Positions 35,621-48,184 of a stretch of DNA of 64,000 bases are shown piece by piece. The notes under the pieces are model-generated. The model was not told the DNA's origin, made no database searches, and saw only the letters and a list, made by a program, of their open reading frames with translations. The stretch spans positions 4,192,001-4,256,000 of the forward strand of contig CBDETK010000013.1 in NCBI GenBank assembly GCA_965242865.1, written 5' to 3'. This DNA is from Candidatus Latescibacterota bacterium (lineage in GTDB: Bacteria; Latescibacterota; UBA2968; UBA8231). Made by a program: the position numbers and the translations under genes. Every line of letters begins with the position of its first letter. Within the stretch, counting starts at the first letter, position 1.

Positions 35621-36685
35621 GTGAACATCGAGGAGCTCGTTTACAATGCGGCTAGCTGGCTCAGCGGCGAAGGGGATGCCGACGGCATGGTCGTTAGCTG
35701 TCGCGCCCGCCTCGCCCGCAACCTCGCCGCGTGGCCGTTCGCGCCCAAGACCACGCTCGAAGACCAAAAGAAAATCATTGAACAGGTCCTGAGTGCCTCC
35801 CAAAAGTGCCGCCAGATGCGCGATGCGTCCTTTTTCCAAATGAACGCCCTGCCGGCCAACCAGCGTCAGTTGCTGGTGGAGCGCCACCTGATCAGTCCGG
35901 CGCTGGCCAAGAGCAAGGGCCAGCGCGGCGTCCTGTTCAATGCCGATGAATCGCTCAGCGTGATGATCAACGAGGAGGACCACCTCCGCTTGCAGGCCAT
36001 CTTGCCGGGTTTGCAAACGCATGCGGCGTGGCAGCGGGTCGATGCGCTTGACGACGCGCTTAGGAGCGAGTTGGAGTGGGCGCAATCCGAGCACTGGGGC
36101 TTTTTGACGGCCTGCCCGACCAATACGGGGACGGGCTTGCGCCTATCGGTGCTCATCCACCTGCCGGCTTTAGTCCTAACCGAGGATATGGAGCGGGTGA
36201 TGCGCGGCTTGACCCGGATGACTTTTGCGGTGCGCGGTTTCTACGGGGAAGGCACCAATGCGGTCGGCAACCTATTTCAGATATCCAACCAAGTCACCTT
36301 GGGCGTCCCCGAAGGGGAGATCGTCGAGAAGCTCTCGGCGGTGACCCAACAGATCATGGGCCACGAACGGGAGGCGCAGGCCGCCCTGCTGGCCGACGCA
36401 TCGGCGCAAGTGGAGGACAAGGTTTGGCGAGCTTATGGGATCTTGCGACATGCGCGCGTATTGAGTGGTCAGGAGTTTATGAATTTGCTCTCGGCCGTGC
36501 GTTTGGGGTGTAGTTTGGGGCTGATCGATGGCTTGCCGCTTGGCTTTATCAACCAGTTAATGATCATTACCCAGCCCTCGCATTTGCAGGCCGAGTCCCG
36601 CACGGATCTCTCGCCGGCCGACCGCGATGTGCGCCGCGCCGAACGGGTGAGGCGGTGCTGGGCCGAACAGGGGCGTTCACCTTGA
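35621..36685 (+). CDS. mcsB: Protein-arginine kinase
   Basis: RARLARN, LVERHLISP, INEEDHLR, LTACPTNTGTGLR, VRGFYGEG, QISNQ. Confidence 0.96.
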   Translation: MNIEELVYNAASWLSGEGDADGMVVSCRARLARNLAAWPFAPKTTLEDQKKIIEQVLSASQKCRQMRDASFFQMNALPANQRQLLVERHLISPALAKSKGQRGVLFNADESLSVMINEEDHLRLQAILPGLQTHAAWQRVDALDDALRSELEWAQSEHWGFLTACPTNTGTGLRLSVLIHLPALVLTEDMERVMRGLTRMTFAVRGFYGEGTNAVGNLFQISNQVTLGVPEGEIVEKLSAVTQQIMGHEREAQAALLADASAQVEDKVWRAYGILRHARVLSGQEFMNLLSAVRLGCSLGLIDGLPLGFINQLMIITQPSHLQAESRTDLSPADRDVRRAERVRRCWAEQGRSP

Positions 36686-36710
36686 CAACAATTTGCTCGT
36701 TTGATAGGTT
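36682..36710 (+). promoter_or_regulatory. Internal sigma70 promoter candidate for clpC
   Basis: TTGACA, 17 bp, TAGGTT with extended TG. Confidence 0.55.
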
Positions 36711-36819
36711 CAAAATCGAAAGTGAGCTAGCAAGTATAGTGCTCGATTCAATGCACGCTCCCCGAATTGTCGAGAATCAACCTTCCCTACTACACAGGCG
36801 GATTGTGGAGGACTTTTAG

Positions 36820-39282
36820 ATGAACAACATGTTCACCGAAAATGTAAAACAGGTAATGAAGCTAGCACGCGAGGAGTCTGCGCGCTTGGGGCACAACTAC
36901 ATTGGCACTGAGCATCTGCTGTTGGGCATTATCAAGGACGGCAAGGGCAAGGCCGTAGCCGTGCTGACGAACTTGGGGTTGAGCTTGGAGACGGTCAAGC
37001 AATCGGTGGAGGATTACGTGACCACCTCGGGCGGCACCATGACCATTGGCGAAGTGCCCTATACTCCGCGTGCCAAACAGATCCTCGAAGTAGCGGCCAA
37101 CGAGGCCAAGGAGATGAAGACGCAGTTCATCGACGTCGAACACCTGCTCTTGGCCCTCCTCAAGGACAAGGAGGGGGTGGCCGCGCAGATTTTGGCCGCT
37201 TTTGGCGTCGATTACAAAACGGCCATGGAAGAGACCTTGGCCGTGCTCGAAGGCAAGACCACCGGCCGCAAAGAAAAGGGCAAGAAGAGCAAGACGCCTT
37301 TCCTCGATCACTTTGGCCGCGACCTGACCGAGTTGGCACGCGAGGGCAAGCTCGATCCGGTGATTGGCCGCCAGAAGGAGATCGAGCGCGTCACGCAAGT
37401 GCTGAGTCGCCGCAAGAAGAACAATCCCATTCTCATCGGCGACCCAGGGGTCGGCAAGACCGCCATTGTCGAAGGGCTGGCCCAGCGCATCATTGAAAAG
37501 CGCGTGCCCCAGATCCTCCTCGACAAGCGCTTGGTCACCCTCGACATGGGCGGCGTGGTCGCCGGCACCAAGTACCGGGGCCAGTTTGAAGAGCGCATTA
37601 AGGCGGTGATGAACGAGCTCCAGCAAAACTCCGAAGTCATCATTTTCATTGACGAGCTGCACACCATTGTTGGCGCGGGCAGCGCCGAGGGCACGTTGGA
37701 CGCTTCCAACATGTTCAAGCCGGCTTTGGCGCGCGGCGAATTGCAGTGCATTGGGGCGACCACCCTCGACGAGTACCGCAAGCACATCGAAAAGGACGGA
37801 GCTCTTGAACGGCGTTTTCAGAGCATCATGGTTGATCCGCCCTCGGTTGAGGACACCATTGAGATCGTCAAGGGGTTGCGCTCCAGCTACGAGAGCCACC
37901 ATCACGTGGAGTTTGCCGATGATGTCGTCGCGTACGCCGTGCGCCAAGCCGACCGCTATATAAGCGACCGCTACCTGCCCGACAAAGCCATTGATGTGAT
38001 CGACGAGACAGGCTCGCGCGTCCACCTCGCTCGGCTCAGCCCGCCGGAAGAGATCGGCCGGATCGAAGCCGAGATCCAGGAGATAAACCGCCAAAAAAAC
38101 GAGGCGTCCGAGCGCCAAGATTTTGAGGACGCGGCCGTGTTGCGCGACAAGGCACTCCACTTGAACGAGCAGCTCCAAAGCAAACGCCAAGTGTGGGAGG
38201 AATCGGTCCGCGACGAAGTGGTTGAGGTGACCACCGACGACATTGCTGAAGTCATCGCGGGTATGACCGGCATCCCAATCTCGCGGCTGGCCAAGACCGA
38301 GACCGAGCGTCTGCTGGCCATGGAAGAGGCCCTCACCAAGAACATCGTCGGTCAGCAGCAGGCGGTCGCGGCGGTTGCGCGGGCCATCCGACGCAGTCGG
38401 GCGGGCCTACAGGATCCCAAGCGGCCCATTGGCTCGTTTATCTTTCTCGGCCCGACCGGGGTGGGCAAGACCGAGTTGGCCAAGCGGCTAGCCGAATTTC
38501 TCTTTGACGACGCGGATGCGTTGATTTCGGTTGACATGTCCGAGTACATGGAGAAATTCGCGGTGTCGCGCCTGATTGGCGCCCCTCCGGGCTACGTGGG
38601 TTTTGACGAGGGAGGGCAGCTCACCGAGCGCGTGCGCCGCCGCCCCTATTCAGTGGTGCTGCTAGACGAAGTAGAGAAAGCCCATCCCGATGTCTTTAAC
38701 ATCCTGTTGCAGATTTTCGACGAGGGACGCCTCACCGATAGCACGGGCCGCAAGGTAGATTTCTGCAACACCGTGCTGATTATGACGTCTAACGCCGGGA
38801 GTCGGGATGTGGGTACGGGCGGTGTGTTGGGCTTTCAAAAGTCCGATTCCGACTCGCGGTACGCGCTGATGGAGGGCAAGATCAACGACGCCCTGAAAAA
38901 GACCTTCAATCCCGAATTCCTCAATCGCATTGATGACACCATCATTTTTCACGCGCTCGACAAAGAGCACATCGCCGCCATCATAGACATTCGCTTGGAG
39001 GAATTCAAGGCGCGGTTGGCTTTACAGGACATCCAAGTGCGCGTTACGCCCGGCGCCAAAACGCTGCTCGCCGACAAGGGGTTTGATCAGGCGTATGGTG
39101 CGCGCTACTTGGAGCGGACCATCCAGAAGATGCTCGAAGATCCGCTGGCCGAGGAGATGCTCCAAGGCCGCTTTGGCGAGGGCAGTCGCATTCGCGTCAC
39201 TAAAAAAGGCGAGGAACTAGTGTTCGACGAGGAGCGTCGAGTGGGCGGAGGGGTAAAGAAGAAGCGCGCCACCACGAGCTAA
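36820..39282 (+). CDS. clpC: ATP-dependent Clp protease ATPase ClpC
   Basis: Clp-N repeats, two Walker A ([16 protein letters not shown]), UVR middle domain, LGF ClpP-docking loop. Confidence 0.96.
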   Translation: MNNMFTENVKQVMKLAREESARLGHNYIGTEHLLLGIIKDGKGKAVAVLTNLGLSLETVKQSVEDYVTTSGGTMTIGEVPYTPRAKQILEVAANEAKEMKTQFIDVEHLLLALLKDKEGVAAQILAAFGVDYKTAMEETLAVLEGKTTGRKEKGKKSKTPFLDHFGRDLTELAREGKLDPVIGRQKEIERVTQVLSRRKKNNPILIGDPGVGKTAIVEGLAQRIIEKRVPQILLDKRLVTLDMGGVVAGTKYRGQFEERIKAVMNELQQNSEVIIFIDELHTIVGAGSAEGTLDASNMFKPALARGELQCIGATTLDEYRKHIEKDGALERRFQSIMVDPPSVEDTIEIVKGLRSSYESHHHVEFADDVVAYAVRQADRYISDRYLPDKAIDVIDETGSRVHLARLSPPEEIGRIEAEIQEINRQKNEASERQDFEDAAVLRDKALHLNEQLQSKRQVWEESVRDEVVEVTTDDIAEVIAGMTGIPISRLAKTETERLLAMEEALTKNIVGQQQAVAAVARAIRRSRAGLQDPKRPIGSFIFLGPTGVGKTELAKRLAEFLFDDADALISVDMSEYMEKFAVSRLIGAPPGYVGFDEGGQLTERVRRRPYSVVLLDEVEKAHPDVFNILLQIFDEGRLTDSTGRKVDFCNTVLIMTSNAGSRDVGTGGVLGFQKSDSDSRYALMEGKINDALKKTFNPEFLNRIDDTIIFHALDKEHIAAIIDIRLEEFKARLALQDIQVRVTPGAKTLLADKGFDQAYGARYLERTIQKMLEDPLAEEMLQGRFGEGSRIRVTKKGEELVFDEERRVGGGVKKKRATTS

Positions 39283-39283
39283 T

Positions 39284-41668
39284 ATGAACAGTTTCCGCAC
39301 CATACTTTTTGCCGTCGTCTCTGTGGGGTTGATGGCGAGCGCGGCCGAGGCCCAGAAGGTGGTCTCGATTGACGTGCAGGGTGAGCTGCGCAAGGTGGCC
39401 AAGTCGCTGATCCTGACCACGGTGGGCTTGGAGCCTGGGGTCGAGTTGTCGCAAGAGAACGTGCAGCAGGCGGTGCGCGACCTCCAAGGGCTCAACGTCT
39501 TTGAGGATATCCAGATCTGGGGCGATCCCGGCCCCGAGGGCATCAACCTGATCATCATGGTTGAAGAGTACCCGGCCTTAGAGGGCTTGCAGTTCAAGGG
39601 GCATAAAAACCTCAAAGAGAAGGACTTTAAGGAAGCGCTGAGTTTGGTCACCGGTCAGGTTATCGCGCCGCGGGATGTGGTGCGGGGCGAGCAGAAAATC
39701 CTCGACCTGTATCGCGAGAAGGGCTATCTGCGCGCCGAAGTCAAAGGCCAGACCTTCGCCGGCGCGGAAGCGGGCGAAGTCTTCCTCCAGTACGACATCA
39801 ACGAGGGGTCCAAGGTGCAGATCAAGCAAATCCGCTTGGTCCAGCACCACGCCGACGGCACGGTGATCGACAGCCAACAGCTGCCGGCGCGCAGTCCCCG
39901 GCGTCCCCAAAAATGGGAGGGCCGAGGGCCAGAACCGCGCCGCTTGGTGTCGTTGATGGAGACCAAGGAGAAGCGCTGGTGGCGCAAGGGCGAGTTCAGC
40001 GGCGATGCGTACGAGGAGGACAAGCAAAAGCTGCTGGCGTACTATCGCAGTCTGGGGTTTCAGCAGGCCGCCATCGTGCGCGACAGCGTCTATTACGACT
40101 CGACGCGGCGGCACTTGTTCATCGACGTGGAAATTGACGAGGGGTTGCAGTACCGGTTGGGGCAAGTCGCTTGGGAAGGCAACGCGCTCTTTGGTGCCGA
40201 CGAATTGGTGGAGAAGCTGGACCTGCAAGAGGGGATGGTATATGGGCGGGCGGGCCCCGAGCTCGCGGACTTGGTGCGCTTTGTCTATTACGAGAAGGGC
40301 TACTTGGATACGCGCGTGGTGCCGCAGGAGACCATTCGCAACGACTCGATTGACGTGTCGTTTCAGGTGTTTGAAGGCCAACCGTGGACGATTCGCAAGG
40401 TCGCGATTGCCGGCAATACCAAGACGCGGGAGAAGGTGATTCGGCGCGAGATCGAATTGCGTCCGGGCGATATTTACCAGCAGAATCTCGTCCAAGAAAG
40501 TCAGCGGCGCATCGTTCTGTTGAACTTCTTCAAAGATGTGCAAATCCAGCCTCAATACAGCTCAGGCGAGGGGGAGCGGCTGGTAGATATGGTATTTAAC
40601 GTCGATGAGCGGCCAACCGGCTCCGCGTCTGTGGGGGCGGGATATTCAGACCGCGACAAGATGGTCGGCCAGATCGGGTTGCAGATTCCCAATTTCCGCG
40701 GGATGGGCCAGAGCCTCGACTTTAACTGGGAGTTCGGCACCCGGCGCGATCAGTTCCTAGTCGGTTTTACCGAGCCTTGGCTTTTTGACACCCCGACTAG
40801 TTTGTCGGCCCGCGCCTATACGCAAAACATCCAGTACTACGACTACCGGCAGGGCAATCGCAATTCGATTCTGTGGAAATCCAATCGCAAGTCGATCAAT
40901 GTGCGGGTGGGGCGGCGGCTGAAAAAGCCGGCCAATTCCAGCCTTTCGCTCGGCTATCGCCTTTATAGCCAAGGCTATTCGGACTTTGACAACGATACAT
41001 TTGCGCGTGATTCCCGCCGCTTTGAAGATCGGCTTACGAGCCGCTTTGAGTTGAGCTATACGCGCGATACGCGCGATCGGGCCGAGTTCCCGACCAAGGG
41101 CACGGTTTTTAGCTACACTCCATCGGTCGCCACCTCGATCGTGGCCGGCGATGTAGATTTCCACAACCACGAAGTGAATTTCAATTACTATCGGCCGAGT
41201 TGGTGGAAATTCGTCTGGAGCTTGGAGACCAAAGTCGCGGTGATAGATGGTTTCTCCAATTGGGACGACGACCACATTTCGTACTATGACCTGTTTACGC
41301 CGGGCGGTATTGATTACTGGGACGGACAGGTCCGGGGCTATCCCGACTACTCCTTGGGTCCGAAGAGGGACGACGGAATTTCCCTCGGCGGCCGCTCGAT
41401 GATGGTGCTGAACCTAGAGTACCGCTTTCCCATAGCCGAGCAGCAAGTGTACGGCATCCTCTTCGCCGATGCGGGCAACGCATGGAGGACGATTCCCGAT
41501 CTCAATCCCCTAGACCTCCGGCGCTCGCTGGGCTTTGGTTTTCGCGTCCAGACCCCGATGCTGGGGATGATCGGCTTTGACTTCGGCTATGGTTTTGACC
41601 GCAAGGAGGTCGATGGGGCACCGGCTGGCTGGAAGACGCACTTCCAGTTTGGGCCGCAGTTTTACTAG
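39284..41668 (+). CDS. bamA: Outer-membrane protein assembly factor BamA
   Basis: Signal peptide, POTRA domains (GNTKTREKVIRRE), FTEPWLFD, VRGY motif, C-terminal FQFGPQFY. Confidence 0.95.
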   Translation: MNSFRTILFAVVSVGLMASAAEAQKVVSIDVQGELRKVAKSLILTTVGLEPGVELSQENVQQAVRDLQGLNVFEDIQIWGDPGPEGINLIIMVEEYPALEGLQFKGHKNLKEKDFKEALSLVTGQVIAPRDVVRGEQKILDLYREKGYLRAEVKGQTFAGAEAGEVFLQYDINEGSKVQIKQIRLVQHHADGTVIDSQQLPARSPRRPQKWEGRGPEPRRLVSLMETKEKRWWRKGEFSGDAYEEDKQKLLAYYRSLGFQQAAIVRDSVYYDSTRRHLFIDVEIDEGLQYRLGQVAWEGNALFGADELVEKLDLQEGMVYGRAGPELADLVRFVYYEKGYLDTRVVPQETIRNDSIDVSFQVFEGQPWTIRKVAIAGNTKTREKVIRREIELRPGDIYQQNLVQESQRRIVLLNFFKDVQIQPQYSSGEGERLVDMVFNVDERPTGSASVGAGYSDRDKMVGQIGLQIPNFRGMGQSLDFNWEFGTRRDQFLVGFTEPWLFDTPTSLSARAYTQNIQYYDYRQGNRNSILWKSNRKSINVRVGRRLKKPANSSLSLGYRLYSQGYSDFDNDTFARDSRRFEDRLTSRFELSYTRDTRDRAEFPTKGTVFSYTPSVATSIVAGDVDFHNHEVNFNYYRPSWWKFVWSLETKVAVIDGFSNWDDDHISYYDLFTPGGIDYWDGQVRGYPDYSLGPKRDDGISLGGRSMMVLNLEYRFPIAEQQVYGILFADAGNAWRTIPDLNPLDLRRSLGFGFRVQTPMLGMIGFDFGYGFDRKEVDGAPAGWKTHFQFGPQFY

Positions 41669-41695
41669 TCCCCGATTGCAGGGGCAAAAGACGGA

Positions 41696-41729
41696 GCCCA
41701 AGGTGTCCCCCGGCATCTTGGGCCTTCTT
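41696..41729 (+). terminator. Hairpin between bamA and skp
   Basis: GCCCAAGGTGTC...GGCATCTTGGGC followed by CTTCTT. Confidence 0.55.
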
Positions 41730-41819
41730 GTGTCCAGTTTCACAAATGTATGCCAAGTCGTATCTTATGAGTAAAGAAAACAGCGAGTTATACAGACTCA
41801 ATCATAAAGAGGAGTATCT

Positions 41820-42353
41820 ATGAGACGCGCCCTATTGTTCGCCTTCGTCGCGGCCTGTTGCGCCACGAGTGCCTCGGCTCAGCTAAAATTAGGCTATATC
41901 GATTCAGAAGTGCTCAAAGAGCGCCTGCCCGAATTCCGGGATGCGCAGCGCACGTTGGACCAGTTACGCCAAGACTACGAGAACCAAGCCAAGGACCGCG
42001 AGGCCAAGTTGCTCAAGTTTCAGGAGGACTTTCAGCGGCAGGAGCTGCTGATGAGCGAGGCCCGCAAGGCGGAAATGCAGGTCGAATTCGAGGCGAAAGT
42101 TCAGCAGTTGCAGCAGTTTACCCAAGAGAAATTTGGCCCCGAAGGCGAGTTGATGCGCAAGAACATCGAGCTTTCCGAGCCGATCTTCAAAAAAATCAAC
42201 GATGCCATTCAGGGCATGGCCGAGGAAGAGAACTACGACTTCATTTTCGACGCCGCGGCGCCGTCCAGCGGTTTGGTCTTTGCCAAGGAGCAGTACGATC
42301 TAACCGACCAGTTACTGGAACTGATGGAGAAGGAAAAGGAAGAGCAGGAGTGA
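41820..42353 (+). CDS. skp: Periplasmic chaperone Skp/OmpH
   Basis: Signal peptide, KLGYIDS, long helix, YDFIFD, YDLTD. Confidence 0.92.
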   Translation: MRRALLFAFVAACCATSASAQLKLGYIDSEVLKERLPEFRDAQRTLDQLRQDYENQAKDREAKLLKFQEDFQRQELLMSEARKAEMQVEFEAKVQQLQQFTQEKFGPEGELMRKNIELSEPIFKKINDAIQGMAEEENYDFIFDAAAPSSGLVFAKEQYDLTDQLLELMEKEKEEQE

Positions 42354-42787
42354 ACTTAACGGAGATTCTCGAGCTGTTGCCGCACCGCTATCCGCTGCTG
42401 CTCATCGACCGCGTCCTCGAATTGGAGCCTGGGGAACGCATTGTGGCCTTGAAGAACGTGACGGCCAACGAATCGTTTTTCCAAGGGCATTTTCCCGGGT
42501 ATCCGGTCATGCCCGGCGTGCTGATCGTCGAGGCCTTGGCGCAAGCCGGTTGCGCCATGATGCTGCGCGGCGTAGAAAATCCTGAATCCAAGGTGCCCTT
42601 TTTCGCCGGAATAGATCGCTGCAGGTTCCGCCGCCCGGTCGTGCCGGGGGACCAGCTGCGACTGGAGCTAAAGGTGCTCAGGCAGCGGGGCGGCTCTTGC
42701 AAGCTGCATGGGCGAGCGCTGGTGGGCGAGGAAGTGGCGGCCGAAGCGGAGATTATGGCAGTATTGGGGGAGCGGGAAGGCCGGTGA
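42350..42787 (+). CDS. fabZ: 3-hydroxyacyl-ACP dehydratase
   Basis: GTG overlapping skp stop; [34 protein letters not shown]. Stand-alone, no LpxC fusion. Confidence 0.96.
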   Translation: MNLTEILELLPHRYPLLLIDRVLELEPGERIVALKNVTANESFFQGHFPGYPVMPGVLIVEALAQAGCAMMLRGVENPESKVPFFAGIDRCRFRRPVVPGDQLRLELKVLRQRGGSCKLHGRALVGEEVAAEAEIMAVLGEREGR

Positions 42788-42797
42788 GGGACGCCTG

Positions 42798-43721
42798 ATG
42801 GATCGCCTGTATCACGTCCTCGAAGCGCAGCAATTCGACCGAGAGTTGCTCAACGCTGTTTTCTCCACAGCCCAAGAGATGGAGCAAGTAGTTCAGCACT
42901 ACGGCTCCAATATTCTCAATCGCCGGGTCATGGCCACGCTGTTCTACGAGCCGAGTACGCGGACGCGGCTGTCCTTTGAATCGGCGATGACGCGGTTGGG
43001 CGGGGCCGTCATTACAACCGAGAGCGCCCAGGAATTCTCTTCCGCGGCCAAGGGGGAGACCCTTGAGGACACCATTCGCATCGTCGCCGGGTACTCGGAC
43101 GTGATCGTGTTGCGTCACTACGAAAGCGGCGCGAGCAACCGCGCTGCTGCTGTGGCTGGCATCCCGGTGATCAATGCTGGCGACGGAGCCGGGCAACACC
43201 CGACGCAAGCCCTATTGGACCTGTTTACCATCCAGCGCGAGCTCGGACGCCTCAAAAAAATTACCATTGCGCTGGTGGGCGATCTGGCCCATGGACGGAC
43301 GGTGCGTTCCCTGTGCTACCTGTTGGCCAAGTACGAGGGCGTCAAGATGTACTTTGCCGCGCCTGAGATCGTGCGAATGAAGGACGACATAAAGGAGTAT
43401 TTGCAGCGGCACCAGGTCCCTTTCGAGGAGGTGGACGACCTGCACGAGGTGGCGAGGCAGGCCGATGTGGTCTATCAGACGCGCATCCAAAAGGAGCGCT
43501 TTGGCGACCGCACCAGAGAATACGAGCAGGCGCGGGGCAAGTACATTGTCGATCGCTCGGTGATGGACTGCATGCCGGAGCACGCTGTTGTCATGCACCC
43601 ACTGCCGCGGGTTGACGAGATTGACCCGGAAGTGGATGCGGATCCGCGGGCGGCCTATTTTCGCCAAGCTCACAACGGGCTTTACGTGCGCATGGCCCTT
43701 TTGCGGATGATCCTCGCTTGA
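42798..43721 (+). CDS. pyrB: Aspartate carbamoyltransferase catalytic subunit
   Basis: FYEPSTRTRLSF, KGETLEDT, HPTQALLD, TRIQKER, MHPLPR. Confidence 0.97.
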   Translation: MDRLYHVLEAQQFDRELLNAVFSTAQEMEQVVQHYGSNILNRRVMATLFYEPSTRTRLSFESAMTRLGGAVITTESAQEFSSAAKGETLEDTIRIVAGYSDVIVLRHYESGASNRAAAVAGIPVINAGDGAGQHPTQALLDLFTIQRELGRLKKITIALVGDLAHGRTVRSLCYLLAKYEGVKMYFAAPEIVRMKDDIKEYLQRHQVPFEEVDDLHEVARQADVVYQTRIQKERFGDRTREYEQARGKYIVDRSVMDCMPEHAVVMHPLPRVDEIDPEVDADPRAAYFRQAHNGLYVRMALLRMILA

Positions 43722-43746
43722 CCTTAGTGGTGCCGCCCGATATATT
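43718..43746 (+). promoter_or_regulatory. Sigma70 promoter candidate
   Basis: TTGACC, 17 bp, TATATT. Confidence 0.6.
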
Positions 43747-43783
43747 GCCGCCAACCGCTTCTTATTTTGAGGAGGATACCCAG

Positions 43784-43900
43784 ATGGGGTCGAGTAAAGG
43801 CAGAATGAGGGATAAGGAATTGAGGAGTCGGCGCCAGCGGCGCAAAAAGCGCTTGAAGCAACGCGCTCAGGAGGCTAAGCAGGCGCCGCGGAAGCGATAA
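43784..43900 (+). CDS. Very small Arg/Lys-rich protein (38 aa)
   Basis: GAGGAGG RBS; MGSSKGRMRDKELRSRRQRRKKRLKQRAQEAKQAPRKR; own promoter and terminator. Confidence 0.72.
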   Translation: MGSSKGRMRDKELRSRRQRRKKRLKQRAQEAKQAPRKR

Positions 43901-43912
43901 ATAGCGAAAGAG

Positions 43913-43940
43913 AGCCGACAGAAGGACTGTCGGCTTTTTT
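43913..43940 (+). terminator. Rho-independent terminator
   Basis: AGCCGACAG-AAGGA-CTGTCGGCT-TTTTT. Confidence 0.85.
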
Positions 43941-43953
43941 GTCTGGAGGAACA

Positions 43954-44916
43954 ATGGAAAGGGGCCTGCGCGTCGCCATCGCCGGTGCCAGCGGCATCGG
44001 CAAGCATCACGCCAAGTGGTTCCACCGCGCCGGAGCGCAAGTCGTTGGCTTTTTGGGCCGCAGCCGGGAACGTGTGGCTGCCACAGAAGGCGTTCTACGC
44101 GATATTTTTCCCTTTTCGGGCCGAGGCTATTGGGACTTGGACCAGTTGCTGACCAAAGAAGCCCCGGATGTGGTTGATGTTTGTTTGCCAAACGAAGCCC
44201 ATTTCGACTGCGTCAAATGCGCGCTCGAGCGGGGTTGTCACGTCCTCTGTGAAAAGCCCTTAGTCTGGCATTCGGATGGGGCCGAGCAGACGCGGATGCA
44301 GGCTCGGGTCTTGGTCGATTTGGCGAGGCAAACCAATTTGCACTTGGGCGTTTGTACTCAATACGCTGCCGCGCTGCTCTACTACCGGCAGTTATACGAA
44401 AAGGCCCGGGGGCCGCTCGCTACCATAGAATCCTTTTACGCGGAAATGGAGACCTTGGCCCGGGGGCGTCGCCGCTGCGCCGCGGAGGTGTGGATCGACA
44501 TGGCCCCCCATCCTTTGAGCATGCTCTTGGCTTGGATGCCAGACGGGGTCATTGAGCCGGCGTCGCTAGAAGTGGCGTCCGGGAGGGGGGAAGTGCAGGC
44601 CTGTTTTAGTTTTGCCGCCTCGACCGGAAGTTGCCGTTGCGAAATCATCGTCCGCGACCTGCACGAGGGCCAGCCCCTGCGGCGATTCGGCGTCAATGGC
44701 TTTTTAGTTGATTGCACGGGGCGGTCGGCCCCCGACGGGACCTATTGCTCGGTACTCAGCACCGGCGAATCAGAGCTAGTCGGCGATGATTTTATGTCGC
44801 TGCTTATCGCCCGGTTTGCTGAGGCGGCAACACAGCCCACCCTAGGGCCGCTTGTATCCGGCGAAGTCGGGTTGCGCAATCTCGAACTGCAGCTACAAGT
44901 TCTGCAGAACGCCTAA
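43954..44916 (+). CDS. Gfo/Idh/MocA family NAD(P)-dependent oxidoreductase
   Basis: GGAGG RBS; AIAGASGIGKHH, HVLCEKP, WIDMAPH. Confidence 0.88.
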   Translation: MERGLRVAIAGASGIGKHHAKWFHRAGAQVVGFLGRSRERVAATEGVLRDIFPFSGRGYWDLDQLLTKEAPDVVDVCLPNEAHFDCVKCALERGCHVLCEKPLVWHSDGAEQTRMQARVLVDLARQTNLHLGVCTQYAAALLYYRQLYEKARGPLATIESFYAEMETLARGRRRCAAEVWIDMAPHPLSMLLAWMPDGVIEPASLEVASGRGEVQACFSFAASTGSCRCEIIVRDLHEGQPLRRFGVNGFLVDCTGRSAPDGTYCSVLSTGESELVGDDFMSLLIARFAEAATQPTLGPLVSGEVGLRNLELQLQVLQNA

Positions 44917-44997
44917 GAGCAAGCGCGGGCTCAGACCGCAACGACGAGCTTAACTGCCGTCCCGGACCTACTGCCCGATAACTGCAGGAGACGCAGA

Positions 44998-46236
44998 ATG
45001 GGAATTCCAGAGCACAATGTAGAAGACCAATTCGCAGCGTTAGCTGACATGCTCTCAAGTCAAGGGATAGAAGTAGAAGCGGTCAAAGCCAAGCTCAAAG
45101 CCCAAGCGATAGAGACGCCCTCTTGGGGATATGGCAATTCTGGGACGCGCTTTGGCGTTTTCAAGCAGCCCGGTGCCGCCCGCGACGTTCACGAGCGGCT
45201 TTCCGACGCGGCCCAGGTGCATAAAATGACCGGTGTCTGTCCCGGCGTGGCTTTGCACATCCCTTGGGATAAAGTGGATGACTACGATGCCCTGCGACAA
45301 GAAGCGACGGAATTGGGTTTGTGCATTGGGGCAATCAATCCCAATGTCTTCCAAGAGCCTGAATACAAATTGGGCAGTTTCGGCCATCGGGACCCGGCTG
45401 TGCGTCGCAAAGCACTCGATCATGTACATGAGTGCATAGAGATCATGCAGCAGACCGGGTCCACGGTACTGAGCCTTTGGTTTGCCGACGGTACGAACTA
45501 CCCGGGCCAAGACGATATCATCGAACGCAAGCGGCGGTTTGAGGAATGCCTGAGTGAGACTCACGCCATGCTGCCCGAAGGGGCACGGATGCTCATTGAA
45601 TACAAGTTCTTTGAGCCGGCATTTTACCACACTGACATTGCCGACTGGGGTATGGCGCTAAATTTTGCCATTAAGGCTGGGACGAAGGCCGAAGTGCTGG
45701 TTGATCTAGGGCATCATCCCCTCTCGACCAATATTGAGCATCTCGTGGCCCTGCTCCTCGACGAGGGTCGAATGGGAGGGTTTCACTTCAACAATCGCAA
45801 ATACGCCGATGACGATGTGACGACCGGGTCGGTCAACCTCTATGAGGTCTTCCTGATTTACCACGAGATCCTCAACGCTGAGCGGCGCGGTGCCGCAACG
45901 GCTAATATTGCTTACATGATTGACCAAAGCCACCTTATCAAGCCCAAAGTTGAGGCGATGATCCAGTCAGTGCTCAATATCCAGACAGCCTATGCCCGTG
46001 CATTGCTGGTTGACCGCATGGCACTAGCTGAGGCACAGGCGGAGGACGACGCAGTGGGATGCGAAGAAATTTTGCGCAATGCCTATGACACTGATGTGCG
46101 ATCCTTGTTGGCGGTTGTGCGCCAAGAACTAGGGGCCGAAGCCGACCCCCTAGGTGCCTATCGTCGTAGCGGTTACTTTGAGCACATTGCCCTAGAAAGG
46201 CAAGGCGAATTGAAGGGAGCCGCTAGCTGGGGTTGA
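44998..46236 (+). CDS. rhaI: L-rhamnose isomerase (RhaI type, xylose-isomerase-like fold)
   Basis: [54 protein letters not shown]. Confidence 0.9.
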   Translation: MGIPEHNVEDQFAALADMLSSQGIEVEAVKAKLKAQAIETPSWGYGNSGTRFGVFKQPGAARDVHERLSDAAQVHKMTGVCPGVALHIPWDKVDDYDALRQEATELGLCIGAINPNVFQEPEYKLGSFGHRDPAVRRKALDHVHECIEIMQQTGSTVLSLWFADGTNYPGQDDIIERKRRFEECLSETHAMLPEGARMLIEYKFFEPAFYHTDIADWGMALNFAIKAGTKAEVLVDLGHHPLSTNIEHLVALLLDEGRMGGFHFNNRKYADDDVTTGSVNLYEVFLIYHEILNAERRGAATANIAYMIDQSHLIKPKVEAMIQSVLNIQTAYARALLVDRMALAEAQAEDDAVGCEEILRNAYDTDVRSLLAVVRQELGAEADPLGAYRRSGYFEHIALERQGELKGAASWG

Positions 46237-46300
46237 TTTGATATGGGAGGGTTGTATTGTATCGATACTGTCTTTAGTGCCGATATTTTGTTTTCTTCTC

Positions 46301-46380
46301 TTGACAGAGAGGGAATTGGAGAATAATTTTAATAGTTACGAGTTACGCTCGATACCTGAGCGATATTGATCTTTGAAAAT
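46301..46380 (+). promoter_or_regulatory. rrn promoter and boxA-like antiterminator
   Basis: TTGACA 46301, 17 bp, TAATTT; TGATCTTTGAAAAT at 46367-46380; second boxA TGCTCTTTGACAAT at 48196-48209. Confidence 0.7.
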
Positions 46381-46453
46381 CGAATAACGTACATGAGGGT
46401 CCAGCGTTGAAGAGCTTGGATTTTCAGAATCAAAAAGTAGTAATCAAATTTTT

Positions 46454-48017
<1,564 letters not shown>

Positions 48018-48107
48018 GATTATTGGGAGTTTAGGCTCCTGACATTATCCGCCTAGGTCAATAGTTTTTACTTTTCGACCTCCCCTCATGTGCGTTATTC
48101 GATTTTC

Positions 48108-48184
<77 letters not shown>

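Noticed and set aside
36711-36819. CtsR or CIRCE heat-shock operator before clpC
   Set aside because: No GTCAAA direct repeat or TTAGCACTC-N9-GAGTGCTAA match found.
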